A stretch of DNA of 64,000 nucleotides from Solirubrobacterales bacterium (GTDB lineage Bacteria > Actinomycetota > Thermoleophilia > Solirubrobacterales > JBBDJG01), in NCBI GenBank assembly GCA_038330145.1, contig JBBQNR010000004.1:6915-70914 (forward strand), in the 5' to 3' direction. The translations under genes and the position numbers were made by a program. Every line of letters starts with the position of its first letter. Position 1 is the first letter of the stretch. Positions 8,844 to 16,913 of the stretch are shown in pieces. The notes beneath the pieces are model-generated. The model was not told the DNA's origin, searched no databases, and saw only the letters and a program-made list of their open reading frames with translations.

Positions 8844-9704
8844 TCATCTCGGCGACAGCGCCTCGACCACGCGCCCGGCCGAGTAGGCCGCGAGCAGGAC
8901 GCCGTTGCCGCAGCGGTAGCGAAAGGTGTGGAAGGCGCAGCCGCCGAGGATGCGCAGCTCGCCGGGCAGGCTCGGTGCATGCCCCGCGTGCTCGCTGTAG
9001 GCGCGCAGGTGGCGGCCGCGCCGGAATGCCTCCGCCATCAGCGACCGCAGCCGTGAGTCGCGGCGATCGCGGCGGTGAACCAGCCCGGCGCGCGCGAGGT
9101 ACATGATGCGACCGCCCGCTGCGCGCAGCCGCCGCTCCCACATCTCCTCGTCGAAGCCGTGCAGCGGGGCGCCGGCATCGAACGTGCCGGCGATCGCGAA
9201 GGCGCCGCGGTCGATCGCCATGTTGGCGCCCCAGACGAGATCGATCTCGCGGTCTTGAAGCCCGCCGTCGAGGGTCGTGATCGGCGGCTTCTCGCGGCCG
9301 CACATGCGCAGCCGGGATCCCTCCAGTCGCAATCTGATCGGCCCGCCGAAGACGTGATGCCGGGGGTTTCGGCGCCGGCCCTCGACAAGCTCGCTCAGCC
9401 AGCTCGGTGGGGCCTCCACGTCGTCGTCGACGAAGGCGAGAAACGTCGATCCGGCGGCCGCGATACCGGTGTTGCGCGCGGAGTTGAGCCCCGGTACACC
9501 CTCGCGCTCGACGTAGCCGATCGGCATGCCGGTGCGCCGTGCCGCCTCCTGCGCCACCTCCTTCGTGGCCGCGGAAGGGCCGTCGTCGACGACCAGCAGC
9601 TCGTAGTTGTCGCGGCCGATGTCCTGGGCGGCCAGCGATTCGAGCGCCACGGCCAGGTAGCCGGGGCGACCCTTCGTGGGGACTATGACGGAGGCTTCGA
9701 GCAT
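8844..9704 (-). CDS. Family 2 glycosyltransferase
   Basis: N-terminal SVIVPTKGRPGYL, LLVVDDGPS, NSARNTG, and the DxD motif FVDDD. Confidence 0.8.
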   Translation of the reverse strand: MLEASVIVPTKGRPGYLAVALESLAAQDIGRDNYELLVVDDGPSAATKEVAQEAARRTGMPIGYVEREGVPGLNSARNTGIAAAGSTFLAFVDDDVEAPPSWLSELVEGRRRNPRHHVFGGPIRLRLEGSRLRMCGREKPPITTLDGGLQDREIDLVWGANMAIDRGAFAIAGTFDAGAPLHGFDEEMWERRLRAAGGRIMYLARAGLVHRRDRRDSRLRSLMAEAFRRGRHLRAYSEHAGHAPSLPGELRILGGCAFHTFRYRCGNGVLLAAYSAGRVVEALSPR

Positions 9705-9778
9705 GAAGGCAGAGTGGAGATGCGGGGTGGTGGCAGAACGGAGATGCGAGGGTCGTGGAGCAATAGCATCCCCGATCC

Positions 9779-10855
9779 GTGGCAACGCGCGAGCCAACCG
9801 ACGTCCTGCTGGTTTCGCCGGGGACGACCGCGGGCTGGCGCCGCGCGGACGCCGAGCTGGCGGCCGGCTTCGAGCAGCTCGGGATCAGCGTGGCCACCTG
9901 CACGCCCGGCTACCGCTTCGCGCGTCACCTGCGACGCAGCGTGCTGACCACCGACCTCGCGGAGGCCGCGGCCCTTCGCCGCGCGCTCACGAACGCGCTC
10001 CGGCGTTACCGCCCGCGGGCGATCGTCTATTCCAGCCCCCAGGCCACCATGCTCCAGCCGCGCTCGCGTCTGGACGGCTCGACGGCGGTCCGCTTCGACG
10101 TGCCCGCTGCGATCAACCGCAGCGGCTTCGGCGCCGGCCTCCTGCACCGGTTGGAGCGGCGGTCGCTGGCGGCGGTGAGGCTGCTGCTGCCGGTGACGTC
10201 CGAGTCTCGCGCCGACGCACGGGCGGCGCTCCCCGACAGCACGCCGATGGTGGCGCTGCCGATCCCGGTCGAGCTCGATGCGGCAGTCGCGGCGGATGCG
10301 CCGCGGGAGCCGCTCGCGCTCGCCTATGCCGGCAACCCGGACAAGAAGGGGTTGGACATCGCGCTCGAGGCCTGGGGGCGGGCTGCGCCCGGCGGTTGGC
10401 GCCTGCACGTCACGGGCATCGAGCCCGAGCAGGCGCGCCGCTTCCTGCGCCGTCGCGGCATCGAGGAGCCGGACGGCGTCGAGTGGGCGGGCTTCGTCGG
10501 GCGGGACCGCTACCTCGAGCTGCTGAGCCGCGCGAGCGCATTCCTTGCCGCCTCGCGCTACGAGGACTACGGCATCGCGCAACTCGAGGCGCTGGCGGCT
10601 GGCACTCCGCTCGTGACGGTGCCGTCCGCGGGCCCGTACGAGGCGCTACCCCTGGCACGCGCGATCGACCCGCGGATGGTCGCGGTCGAGCTCTCGGGCG
10701 CGGCACTCGCCGGCTCGCTGCGAGCGGCGGTCGCGCTGACGGCAGAGGATCGTTCCCGCTACGCCGAGCGATCGCAAGAGCTGCTTCGCCCCTACTCGCG
10801 TCAGGCGCTCGTCGACCGCCTGCGCGAGCAGGTCGTGCCGGTTCTGCTCGGCTAG
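9779..10855 (+). CDS. Family 4 (GT-B) glycosyltransferase
   Basis: The C-terminal GT1/GT4 signature is present (..ASRYEDYGIAQLEALAAGTPLVTVPSAGP). It is divergent from the GT2 gene, 74 nt away. Confidence 0.7.
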   Translation: MATREPTDVLLVSPGTTAGWRRADAELAAGFEQLGISVATCTPGYRFARHLRRSVLTTDLAEAAALRRALTNALRRYRPRAIVYSSPQATMLQPRSRLDGSTAVRFDVPAAINRSGFGAGLLHRLERRSLAAVRLLLPVTSESRADARAALPDSTPMVALPIPVELDAAVAADAPREPLALAYAGNPDKKGLDIALEAWGRAAPGGWRLHVTGIEPEQARRFLRRRGIEEPDGVEWAGFVGRDRYLELLSRASAFLAASRYEDYGIAQLEALAAGTPLVTVPSAGPYEALPLARAIDPRMVAVELSGAALAGSLRAAVALTAEDRSRYAERSQELLRPYSRQALVDRLREQVVPVLLG

Positions 10856-10891
10856 CGGGTCCAGCGAAACGACTCGCGAAACTCGCTAGCG

Positions 10892-11290
10892 CTACTCCCG
10901 CACGCCCCCGGCCTCGAGGGCTTCTTCCCACGAAAAGTAGACGTGCACGGAGACGCCCTTGCCGTCGCGCAGCTCCCAGTCGTAGCCGATTCGTTGCTCG
11001 ATCGGGTCGCCGCTTCCCTTGATGCGGGCGCGTTGGATCAGGAGCACCACGACATGATCGCCAGCATCGATCCCTCTCTCCCAATCCAGGTGGTACTCGT
11101 CGAAGATCTCGCTCCACAGCAACGCGATCTTCCTGACCCCATCGTGACCCTTGTAGAGGGAGTCTTCCAGCCACTCGGGCGGACCCACCCACTCGATTGC
11201 GGGGTCCATGTATGCAAGCGCGGCCTCAACGCCCTCGCGGTTGAACGCCTCGATGGTGCGGCGCACGATCTCGACGTTCTGCTGCGACAT
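10892..11290 (-). CDS. SnoaL-like / NTF2-fold protein (paralog 2 of 3)
   Basis: MSQQNVEIVRRTIEAFNREGVEAALAYMDPAIEW..GHDGVRK..VVVLLIQRARIKGSGDPIEQRIGYDWELRDGKGVSVHVYFSWEEALEAGG. It is the last gene of the GT4-TagA operon. Confidence 0.65.
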   Translation of the reverse strand: MSQQNVEIVRRTIEAFNREGVEAALAYMDPAIEWVGPPEWLEDSLYKGHDGVRKIALLWSEIFDEYHLDWERGIDAGDHVVVLLIQRARIKGSGDPIEQRIGYDWELRDGKGVSVHVYFSWEEALEAGGVRE

Positions 11291-11333
11291 CGCCTGCCAG
11301 TATCGCGTAGGTGAGCGCTGTGACTTCTGCCAA

Positions 11334-12137
11334 CTAGTCGGCGGGCGCGACCGGCGGCCGGCGTCGCTCACGCAGGTACTGGCGCGCGAAGGCGGCGACG
11401 AAGGCTGGATTGGTGCGCGCGTAGCGGGGGAACAGCCGCAGCGGCTCCTGTGAGAGCCGGAACAGCCACTCGAGGCCGGTTCGCTGCATCCAGGCCGGCG
11501 CCTGGCGCTTGGTGCCGGCCAGGAAGTCGAAGGCGGCGCCGACTCCCATCAGGACCGGCGCATCCAGCTTCGATCGCATGCGAGCCATCCACTTCTCCTG
11601 CCTCGGCGCCCCGAGGCCGACGAACACGACGTCGGGGCTGTCCGCGTTGATGCGGCCCGCGAGCTGCTCGTCCTCGGCGGCGGTGTGCGGGCGATGCGGC
11701 GGCGACTCGGTTCCTGCGATCACGATGCCGGGATATCGCTGCCGCAGTGAGCGTTCGAGCTGCGCCAGCGCGTCGGAGTCGTGACCGCCGCAGAGCCAGA
11801 CGCGGTGGCCCCGCTCGGTGCAGCGCGCGCAGTAGCGGCTCATCAGCTCCGGCCCGTAGACGCGGTCGGGCAGGCTCTCGCCGAGCGCGTTCAGCGCCCA
11901 CACCAGCGGCCTGCCGTCGGGAACGGTGAGAGAGGAACCGGCCAGAGCAGCCCTCAGCTCCGGGTCGCTCCGCGACACCATCAGGGCGTGCACCGCGATC
12001 GCGCAGACGTAGCCGCGGTCACGCCGGGCGACGATGATGTCCATCACCTCGATCGCCTGCGCGTAGTCGGTCAGGGAGACCGGCACGCCGAGCAGGTCGC
12101 GGCGCGCGGGCAGCGCAACTCGACCTGCCGAGCTCAT
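11334..12137 (-). CDS. WecG/TagA/CpsF family (GT26) glycosyltransferase
   Basis: LLGVPVSLTDY..A..HALM.....LRAALAGSSLTVPDGRPLVW, VYGPELM, GLGAPRQEKWM, MGVGAAFDFLAG..RQAPAWMQRTGLEWLFRLSQEP.RL. Only the last 267 codons of the 843-aa track ORF are real. The start overlaps the upstream stop (ATGA). Confidence 0.85.
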   Translation of the reverse strand: MSSAGRVALPARRDLLGVPVSLTDYAQAIEVMDIIVARRDRGYVCAIAVHALMVSRSDPELRAALAGSSLTVPDGRPLVWALNALGESLPDRVYGPELMSRYCARCTERGHRVWLCGGHDSDALAQLERSLRQRYPGIVIAGTESPPHRPHTAAEDEQLAGRINADSPDVVFVGLGAPRQEKWMARMRSKLDAPVLMGVGAAFDFLAGTKRQAPAWMQRTGLEWLFRLSQEPLRLFPRYARTNPAFVAAFARQYLRERRRPPVAPAD

Positions 12138-13306
12138 GCCGCCAGCGCGCGTGCGTACACGTCCATCAGCCCACTGTAAAACCGCTCGGGACCGAACAGC
12201 TCGCGTGCGCGGTCGAGCGCCGCCTGACCCTGCTCGAGTCGCGCGTCCGCGTTCCCCCACAGCTGCTGCATCGCCGCGGCCCAGTGCGCGGGCGACCGAG
12301 CCGGAAGCGTCGCCTGCTCGCCGACCAGCTCGGGCAGGCCGCCGACATCGGACGCCAGCACGGGCAGCCCCGCGGCCATGCCCTCGATGGCGACGTACGG
12401 GCATGGCTCCTGCCAGCGCGAGGGCACGACGGCGAAGGCGGCCCGTTGCCTCGCCTCTGCGAGCTGAGCGGCGTTGAGGCGGCCGCTGAAGCGAACCACG
12501 GCCGCCCCGGCGGCCAGCCCCCGCAGGTGACCTGCCTGGGGCCCCTCGCCTGCCACCAGCAGCGGCACACCTGCGCGCGCCGCGGCCTCGACGACCGTGT
12601 CCAGTCCCTTCTCCTCGACCAGCCTGCCGGCGAACAGCGCATGCTCCCCCTGGTTGGCGTTGCTGGCCTGCACGAACTCGGAGGCCGGCAGGAAGTTGTG
12701 CAGCACGTCCATGCGGTCGGCCGGCATGCCGAAGCGCTCGAGCACGGTCGCGGCGGCGTGGCTCGGCACGACGAAGCGGTCGACGGCCGCCAGCACTCGC
12801 TTCTGCTGCGCGGACAGACCGGCGGCGTAGACCAGCGACTCCGGCAGGTTGCCTCGACAGCGAAGCCGCACGCCCGGCAGCGTGTCGCGGCCGTGGCAGC
12901 GCATGCAGGTTTCGCCGTCGCGGTAGGCGATCGCGATCGAGCAGAAGAGCCGGTAGTTGTGCAGGTGCATCACCACCCGTGCACCGGAGGTGCGCGCGGC
13001 CGCAAGAGCGCGCGGGCCGAGCAGCGGGGTGAGGTTGTGAACGTGGACGATGTCGGCGCCCGTCCGCTCCACGGCCGCGCGCACCTCGGCCGGCCGCAGC
13101 CCGCCGCGCAGCATCGCGACACCGCCGCGCGCCATTCCAAGCGGGCCGGTGAGCGCCTGGCTCGATCGCTCCAGCACCTGCACGGCATGCCCTCGCTCGC
13201 TCAGCAGCGCTTCGATCGCGGCCACCGAGCGCTCCTCGCCACCCGGCTCGCGGTAGCGGTTGTGCAGGAGCAGCACGCTCGGCTTGGGTTGTTCGTCCAC
13301 GTTCAT
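12134..13306 (-). CDS. Family 4 glycosyltransferase
   Basis: SVLLLHNRYREPGGEE at the N terminus and VVPSRWQEPCPYVAIEGMAAGLPVLASDVGGLPELV in the C-terminal half. GTG 13276 is an alternative start. Confidence 0.8.
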   Translation of the reverse strand: MNVDEQPKPSVLLLHNRYREPGGEERSVAAIEALLSERGHAVQVLERSSQALTGPLGMARGGVAMLRGGLRPAEVRAAVERTGADIVHVHNLTPLLGPRALAAARTSGARVVMHLHNYRLFCSIAIAYRDGETCMRCHGRDTLPGVRLRCRGNLPESLVYAAGLSAQQKRVLAAVDRFVVPSHAAATVLERFGMPADRMDVLHNFLPASEFVQASNANQGEHALFAGRLVEEKGLDTVVEAAARAGVPLLVAGEGPQAGHLRGLAAGAAVVRFSGRLNAAQLAEARQRAAFAVVPSRWQEPCPYVAIEGMAAGLPVLASDVGGLPELVGEQATLPARSPAHWAAAMQQLWGNADARLEQGQAALDRARELFGPERFYSGLMDVYARALAA

Positions 13307-13337
13307 GCGGTTGGGCGCGCAGCGTATTGTCCGCGGC

Positions 13338-14435
13338 GTGGCGGTTGCCCTGGTCACCAACTACCTGCCGGCCTACCGCATGCCTCTGTACACGCTGCTG
13401 GCGGAGCGGCACGGCGTCGAGGTGTACTGCTTCGGCGGCGAGGGTCACTACGTGCCGGAGGCGATGCGCGACCTCGATCGCCAGCTGGAGTCGGCTCCGT
13501 TTCCCGCCCATCGGCTCGAGCGCCAGCGAGACGCGGCCGAGCTGGCCGCAGGCCACGATGCGGTGATCGCCTCCACCGCCGGCAGGGTCGCGCTGCCGTC
13601 CGCCTATCGCGGGGCGCGACGAGCCGGCCGTCCCTTCCTGCTCTGGGCGTCGCTCTGGCGGCATCCGCGCACGGCGGCTCACCTGTTCTCGTTCCCGCTC
13701 ATGCGCAGCATCTACCGGCACGCGGATGCGGTCGTCACGTACGGGCCCCATGTGAGCCGTTACGTCGCCCACCAGCGCGGCGGCGACGATGGAGTCTTCG
13801 TCGCGGCGCAGGCCGTCGAGCCGCAGGTCTTCGCGCGTTCCGTATCCGAACAGGAGATCGAGCAATGGCGCAGGGAGACGGGACTCGACCGGGGGCCGTT
13901 GGTGCTGTTCGCCGGCCGACTCGTCGCCGACAAGGGGGTGGACGTGCTGGCGCGAGCCTGGCGACTGCTCGGCAACGACACCGGCGCAAGCCTCTGCCTG
14001 GTCGGAGACGGCCCGCTGGCGAGCGATCCGTCGATCGCCGACGTGCCCGGCATCACGGTCGCCGGGCGGCTCGACCGCCAGCGCCTGCCGGTCGCCTACG
14101 CGGCGGCGGACGCGGTCGTCGTGCCGTCTATCGCGACGCGCCGGTTCCTGGAGCCGTGGGGGCTCGTCTGCAACGAGGCGATGAGCCAGGGTCGGCCGGT
14201 CGTCGCGACGGACGCGGTCGGCGCGGTGGCGGGTGGGCTGGTGCGTGACGGCGAAACCGGGCTCGTTGTCGCGGCCGGCGACGAACGCGCGCTCGCGGCA
14301 GCGCTGCAGCGACTGCTCTCCGATCCGCAGCTGCGCTCAGACCTGGGCCGGCGCGCGCGCAAGGCCGTGGGTTACTACAACTACGAGCGCGCCGCGGCCG
14401 GGTTCGCCGCCGCGCTCGAGCACGCCCGCCGATAG
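13338..14435 (+). CDS. Family 4 glycosyltransferase
   Basis: VAVALVTNYLPAYR at the N terminus; FAGRLVADKGVD and VVPSIATRRFLEPWGLVCNEAMSQGRPVVATDAVGAVAGGLV in the C-terminal half. GTG 13338 was chosen as the start because ATG 13305 would overlap the divergent gene's ATG. Confidence 0.8.
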   Translation: MAVALVTNYLPAYRMPLYTLLAERHGVEVYCFGGEGHYVPEAMRDLDRQLESAPFPAHRLERQRDAAELAAGHDAVIASTAGRVALPSAYRGARRAGRPFLLWASLWRHPRTAAHLFSFPLMRSIYRHADAVVTYGPHVSRYVAHQRGGDDGVFVAAQAVEPQVFARSVSEQEIEQWRRETGLDRGPLVLFAGRLVADKGVDVLARAWRLLGNDTGASLCLVGDGPLASDPSIADVPGITVAGRLDRQRLPVAYAAADAVVVPSIATRRFLEPWGLVCNEAMSQGRPVVATDAVGAVAGGLVRDGETGLVVAAGDERALAAALQRLLSDPQLRSDLGRRARKAVGYYNYERAAAGFAAALEHARR

Positions 14436-14438
14436 CTG

Positions 14439-14955
14439 CTAGCCATCATCCGCCGAGTCGTCCTCTTTCCTGTCGAGGACGACGAGCACGGGAATGTGGC
14501 TGTGGTGCAGAAGCCCCTCCGCGGCGCTGCCGAGGATGTGCGACTTCACTCCCGACAGGCGACGCGAGCCGACCACGATCGCATGCGCCTTTCGCTCCGC
14601 GGCGATGCGCGCGATCGTCTCCGGCAGGTTGGCCTCGTCCGCGACCACCAGCGGAACGGCCTCGAATTCATTCGCGCGCGCCAGCTCGGCCCCGTCCCTC
14701 CGCGATCGCAGAGGCGCGCTCGTACATCGCCCGGTCGAGCGCCGTGGCCTGTTCGAGGTCGAGCGGATAGACGGCCGTGCCGGGCGGGACCGGCTCGGTC
14801 GCCATCGCGATCACCGGCAACGCCGGCTCCCAGACCGTCACCACCAGCGCGTAAATCGGCAGCAGCAGACTTGCCGCCTGCTCGATCGCGTGGCGTGCCG
14901 GCGGGGAGCCGTCATAGGCGAGGATCACCGGCCGCTGGCCCGAGGCCTCCGTCAT
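14439..14955 (-). pseudogene. Universal stress protein (UspA family) disrupted by a single-nucleotide frameshift
   Basis: ORF 14668-14955 encodes the USP N-terminal half (PVILAYDGSPPARHAIEQAA). ORF 14439-14648, in the +1-shifted frame, encodes the C-terminal half (AHAIVVGSRRLSGVKSHILGSAAEGLLHHSHIPVLVV). The second frame stays open upstream (..GAELARANEFEAVPLVVADE), so a 1-nt indel near the G/C run at about 14688-14702 joins the two halves. Confidence 0.7.
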
Positions 14956-15019
14956 CAGGGCTTCGAATAGGCCGCCGCCAGGTCGGTGGCAAGGGGCTCA
15001 GGCGTTATTGTCGCCCGCC

Positions 15020-15790
15020 ATGAAGGCGGTCATACTCGCAGGCGGGGTCGGCAGCAGGATCAGCGAGGAGACGCTCGTGCGGCCCAAGCCGATGGTCGAG
15101 ATCGGCAGCCGGCCGATGCTGTGGCACATCATGAAGACGTACTCGGCCCACGGCATCAACGACTTCGTGATCTGCCTCGGCTATCGCGGCTACATGATCA
15201 AGGAGTACTTTGCCAACTACCACCTGCACGCGTCCGACGTCTCGTTCGATCTCGCGGACAACAGCATGGAGGTCCACCAGGGCGCCGCCGAGCCGTGGCG
15301 GGTGACGCTGATCGACACCGGCGAGCAGACACAGACCGGTGGACGGCTAAAGCGTGTCCTCTCTTACGTCGACGAGCCCGAGTTCTGCTTCACCTACGGC
15401 GACGGCCTCTCGGACCTCGACATCTCGGGGCTGATCGACTTCCACCGCCAGCAGGACACGCTCGCGACGGTGACGGCCGTTCAGCCGCCCGGTCGCTACG
15501 GCGCGCTGGAGCTGCATGGCGACCGCATCACCGGCTTTCAGGAGAAGCCGCACGGGGACGAGGGATGGATCAACGGCGGCTTCTTCGTGCTGTCGCCGCA
15601 GGTCGGCGAGTACATCGAGGGCGACGAGACGATCTGGGAGCGCGAGCCGATGGAGCGGCTGGCGCAGGCCGGTCAGCTCGCCGCCTTCAAGCACGACGGC
15701 TTCTGGTACGCGATGGACACGCTGCGCGACAAGAACGAGCTGGAGTCCCTCTGGGCGTCCGGCCGGGCGCCCTGGAAGACGTGGTCCTAG
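15020..15790 (+). CDS. rfbF: Glucose-1-phosphate cytidylyltransferase
   Basis: MKAVILAGGVGSRISEET..RPKPMVEIGSRPMLWHIMK.YS.HGINDFVICLGYRGYMIKEYF.NY, and GGFFVLSP, PMERLA..GQL.AFKH.GFW..MDTLRDK..LE.LW. This is a very characteristic RfbF sequence. Confidence 0.9.
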   Translation: MKAVILAGGVGSRISEETLVRPKPMVEIGSRPMLWHIMKTYSAHGINDFVICLGYRGYMIKEYFANYHLHASDVSFDLADNSMEVHQGAAEPWRVTLIDTGEQTQTGGRLKRVLSYVDEPEFCFTYGDGLSDLDISGLIDFHRQQDTLATVTAVQPPGRYGALELHGDRITGFQEKPHGDEGWINGGFFVLSPQVGEYIEGDETIWEREPMERLAQAGQLAAFKHDGFWYAMDTLRDKNELESLWASGRAPWKTWS

Positions 15791-15809
15791 ACCCGGGACG
15801 GGTCCGGCG

Positions 15810-16892
15810 ATGAAGGTCGAACCGCAGTTCTGGCGCGGGCGCACCGTGCTCGTCACGGGCCACAGCGGCTTCAAGGGGAGCTGGCTCAGCCTCTGGCTCC
15901 AGACCATGGGCGCCGAGGTGGTCGGCTACTCGTCCGGCGGCACCGGCGGCCAGGCGCCGTCGGCGGGCCGCGCGCTGTTCGAGCAGGCCGGCATCGGCGA
16001 GGGCATGCGCTCGTTCGACGGCGACGTCGCCGACCCCGTGGCGGTGCATGCCGCGCTTGCGGAAGCCCGGCCGGAGGTCGTGATCCACATGGCGGCGCAG
16101 CCGCTCGTGCGCCGCTCCTACCAGGACCCGGCCGGCACCTACCGCACCAACGTGCTCGGCACCGTCGGGGTGCTGGAGGCGGTGCGGCAGAGCGACAGCG
16201 TGCGCGCGGTCGTCAACGTCACCACCGACAAGGTCTACGAGAACCGCGAGCTGGAGCGCGGCTACACCGAGGACGATCCGCTGGGAGGAAGCGATCCCTA
16301 CTCGAGCAGCAAGGCCGGCTCAGAGCTTGTGACGGCCGCATACCGGCAGTCGTTCTTCTCGGAGCAGGGGCCGGCGCTGGCGACGGCGCGCTCGGGCAAC
16401 GTGATCGGCGGTGGCGACTGGGGCGAGGACCGGCTGGTGCCCGACATCGTCAAGGCCGCGCTGGAGCAGCGCGCGGTGCGGATCCGCAACCCGAACTCGG
16501 TGCGCCCCTGGCAGCACGTGCTGAACCCGCTCAGCGGCTACCTGGTGCTGGCGCAGGCCCTGCACGAGTCGCGCGAGTTCGCGCAGGGCTGGAACTTCGG
16601 CCCCGACGCAGACGACGCCAAGCCGGTCGGCTGGATCGTCGAGCGCCTGCGCGAGCTGTGGGGAGAGGATCTGCGCTCGGAGCAGGACGCCGGCCCGCAT
16701 CCGCACGAGACCAATTACCTGCGCCTCGACTCCGGCAAGGCCCACGACCGGCTCGGCTGGCGGCCGGTCTGGAACCTCGACCGCGCGCTCGAGAGCATCG
16801 TCTCCTGGCACAAGGCGGTGCGCGACGGCGAGCACCCGCGCGAGCAGATGCTGGCGCAGATAGAGCAGTTCCAGCGCAGCGCGTCGGAGTAG
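15810..16892 (+). CDS. rfbG: CDP-glucose 4,6-dehydratase
   Basis: FWRGRTVLVTGHSGFKGSWLSLWL, TTDKVYEN, DPYSSSKA (SDR YxxxK), ARSGNVIGGGDW..DRLVPD, and RPWQHVL.PLSGYL. It lies 20 nt downstream of rfbF. Confidence 0.9.
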   Translation: MKVEPQFWRGRTVLVTGHSGFKGSWLSLWLQTMGAEVVGYSSGGTGGQAPSAGRALFEQAGIGEGMRSFDGDVADPVAVHAALAEARPEVVIHMAAQPLVRRSYQDPAGTYRTNVLGTVGVLEAVRQSDSVRAVVNVTTDKVYENRELERGYTEDDPLGGSDPYSSSKAGSELVTAAYRQSFFSEQGPALATARSGNVIGGGDWGEDRLVPDIVKAALEQRAVRIRNPNSVRPWQHVLNPLSGYLVLAQALHESREFAQGWNFGPDADDAKPVGWIVERLRELWGEDLRSEQDAGPHPHETNYLRLDSGKAHDRLGWRPVWNLDRALESIVSWHKAVRDGEHPREQMLAQIEQFQRSASE

Positions 16893-16913
16893 GAGTCGGG
16901 GTGAGCGGTTGGG

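Noticed and set aside
11334-13865. An 843-aa ORF that could be read as one giant protein
   Set aside because: Only its last 267 codons (TagA/WecG-like) look real. The upstream part is Arg/Ala/Gly-rich junk overlapping a well-supported GT4 gene in another frame (12134-13306) and the plus-strand GT4 gene.
12284-14248. Other long shadow ORFs (12284-14248 +, 4617-6059 +, 19917-21674 -, 32548-34524 +, 51867-53843 -, 24202-25836 +, 28106-29014 -, 44910-46403 -, 38913-40259 -)
   Set aside because: All are antisense to, or out of frame with, genes carrying clear family motifs. All are dominated by Arg, Gly, Ala, Pro, Asp and His runs, as expected from GC-rich non-coding frames.
14439-14955. Treating the two small minus-strand ORFs as two independent genes
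   Set aside because: Each carries only half of the UspA fold. The downstream frame is open across the junction and continues the upstream protein sensibly, so a single frameshifted gene is the simpler reading.
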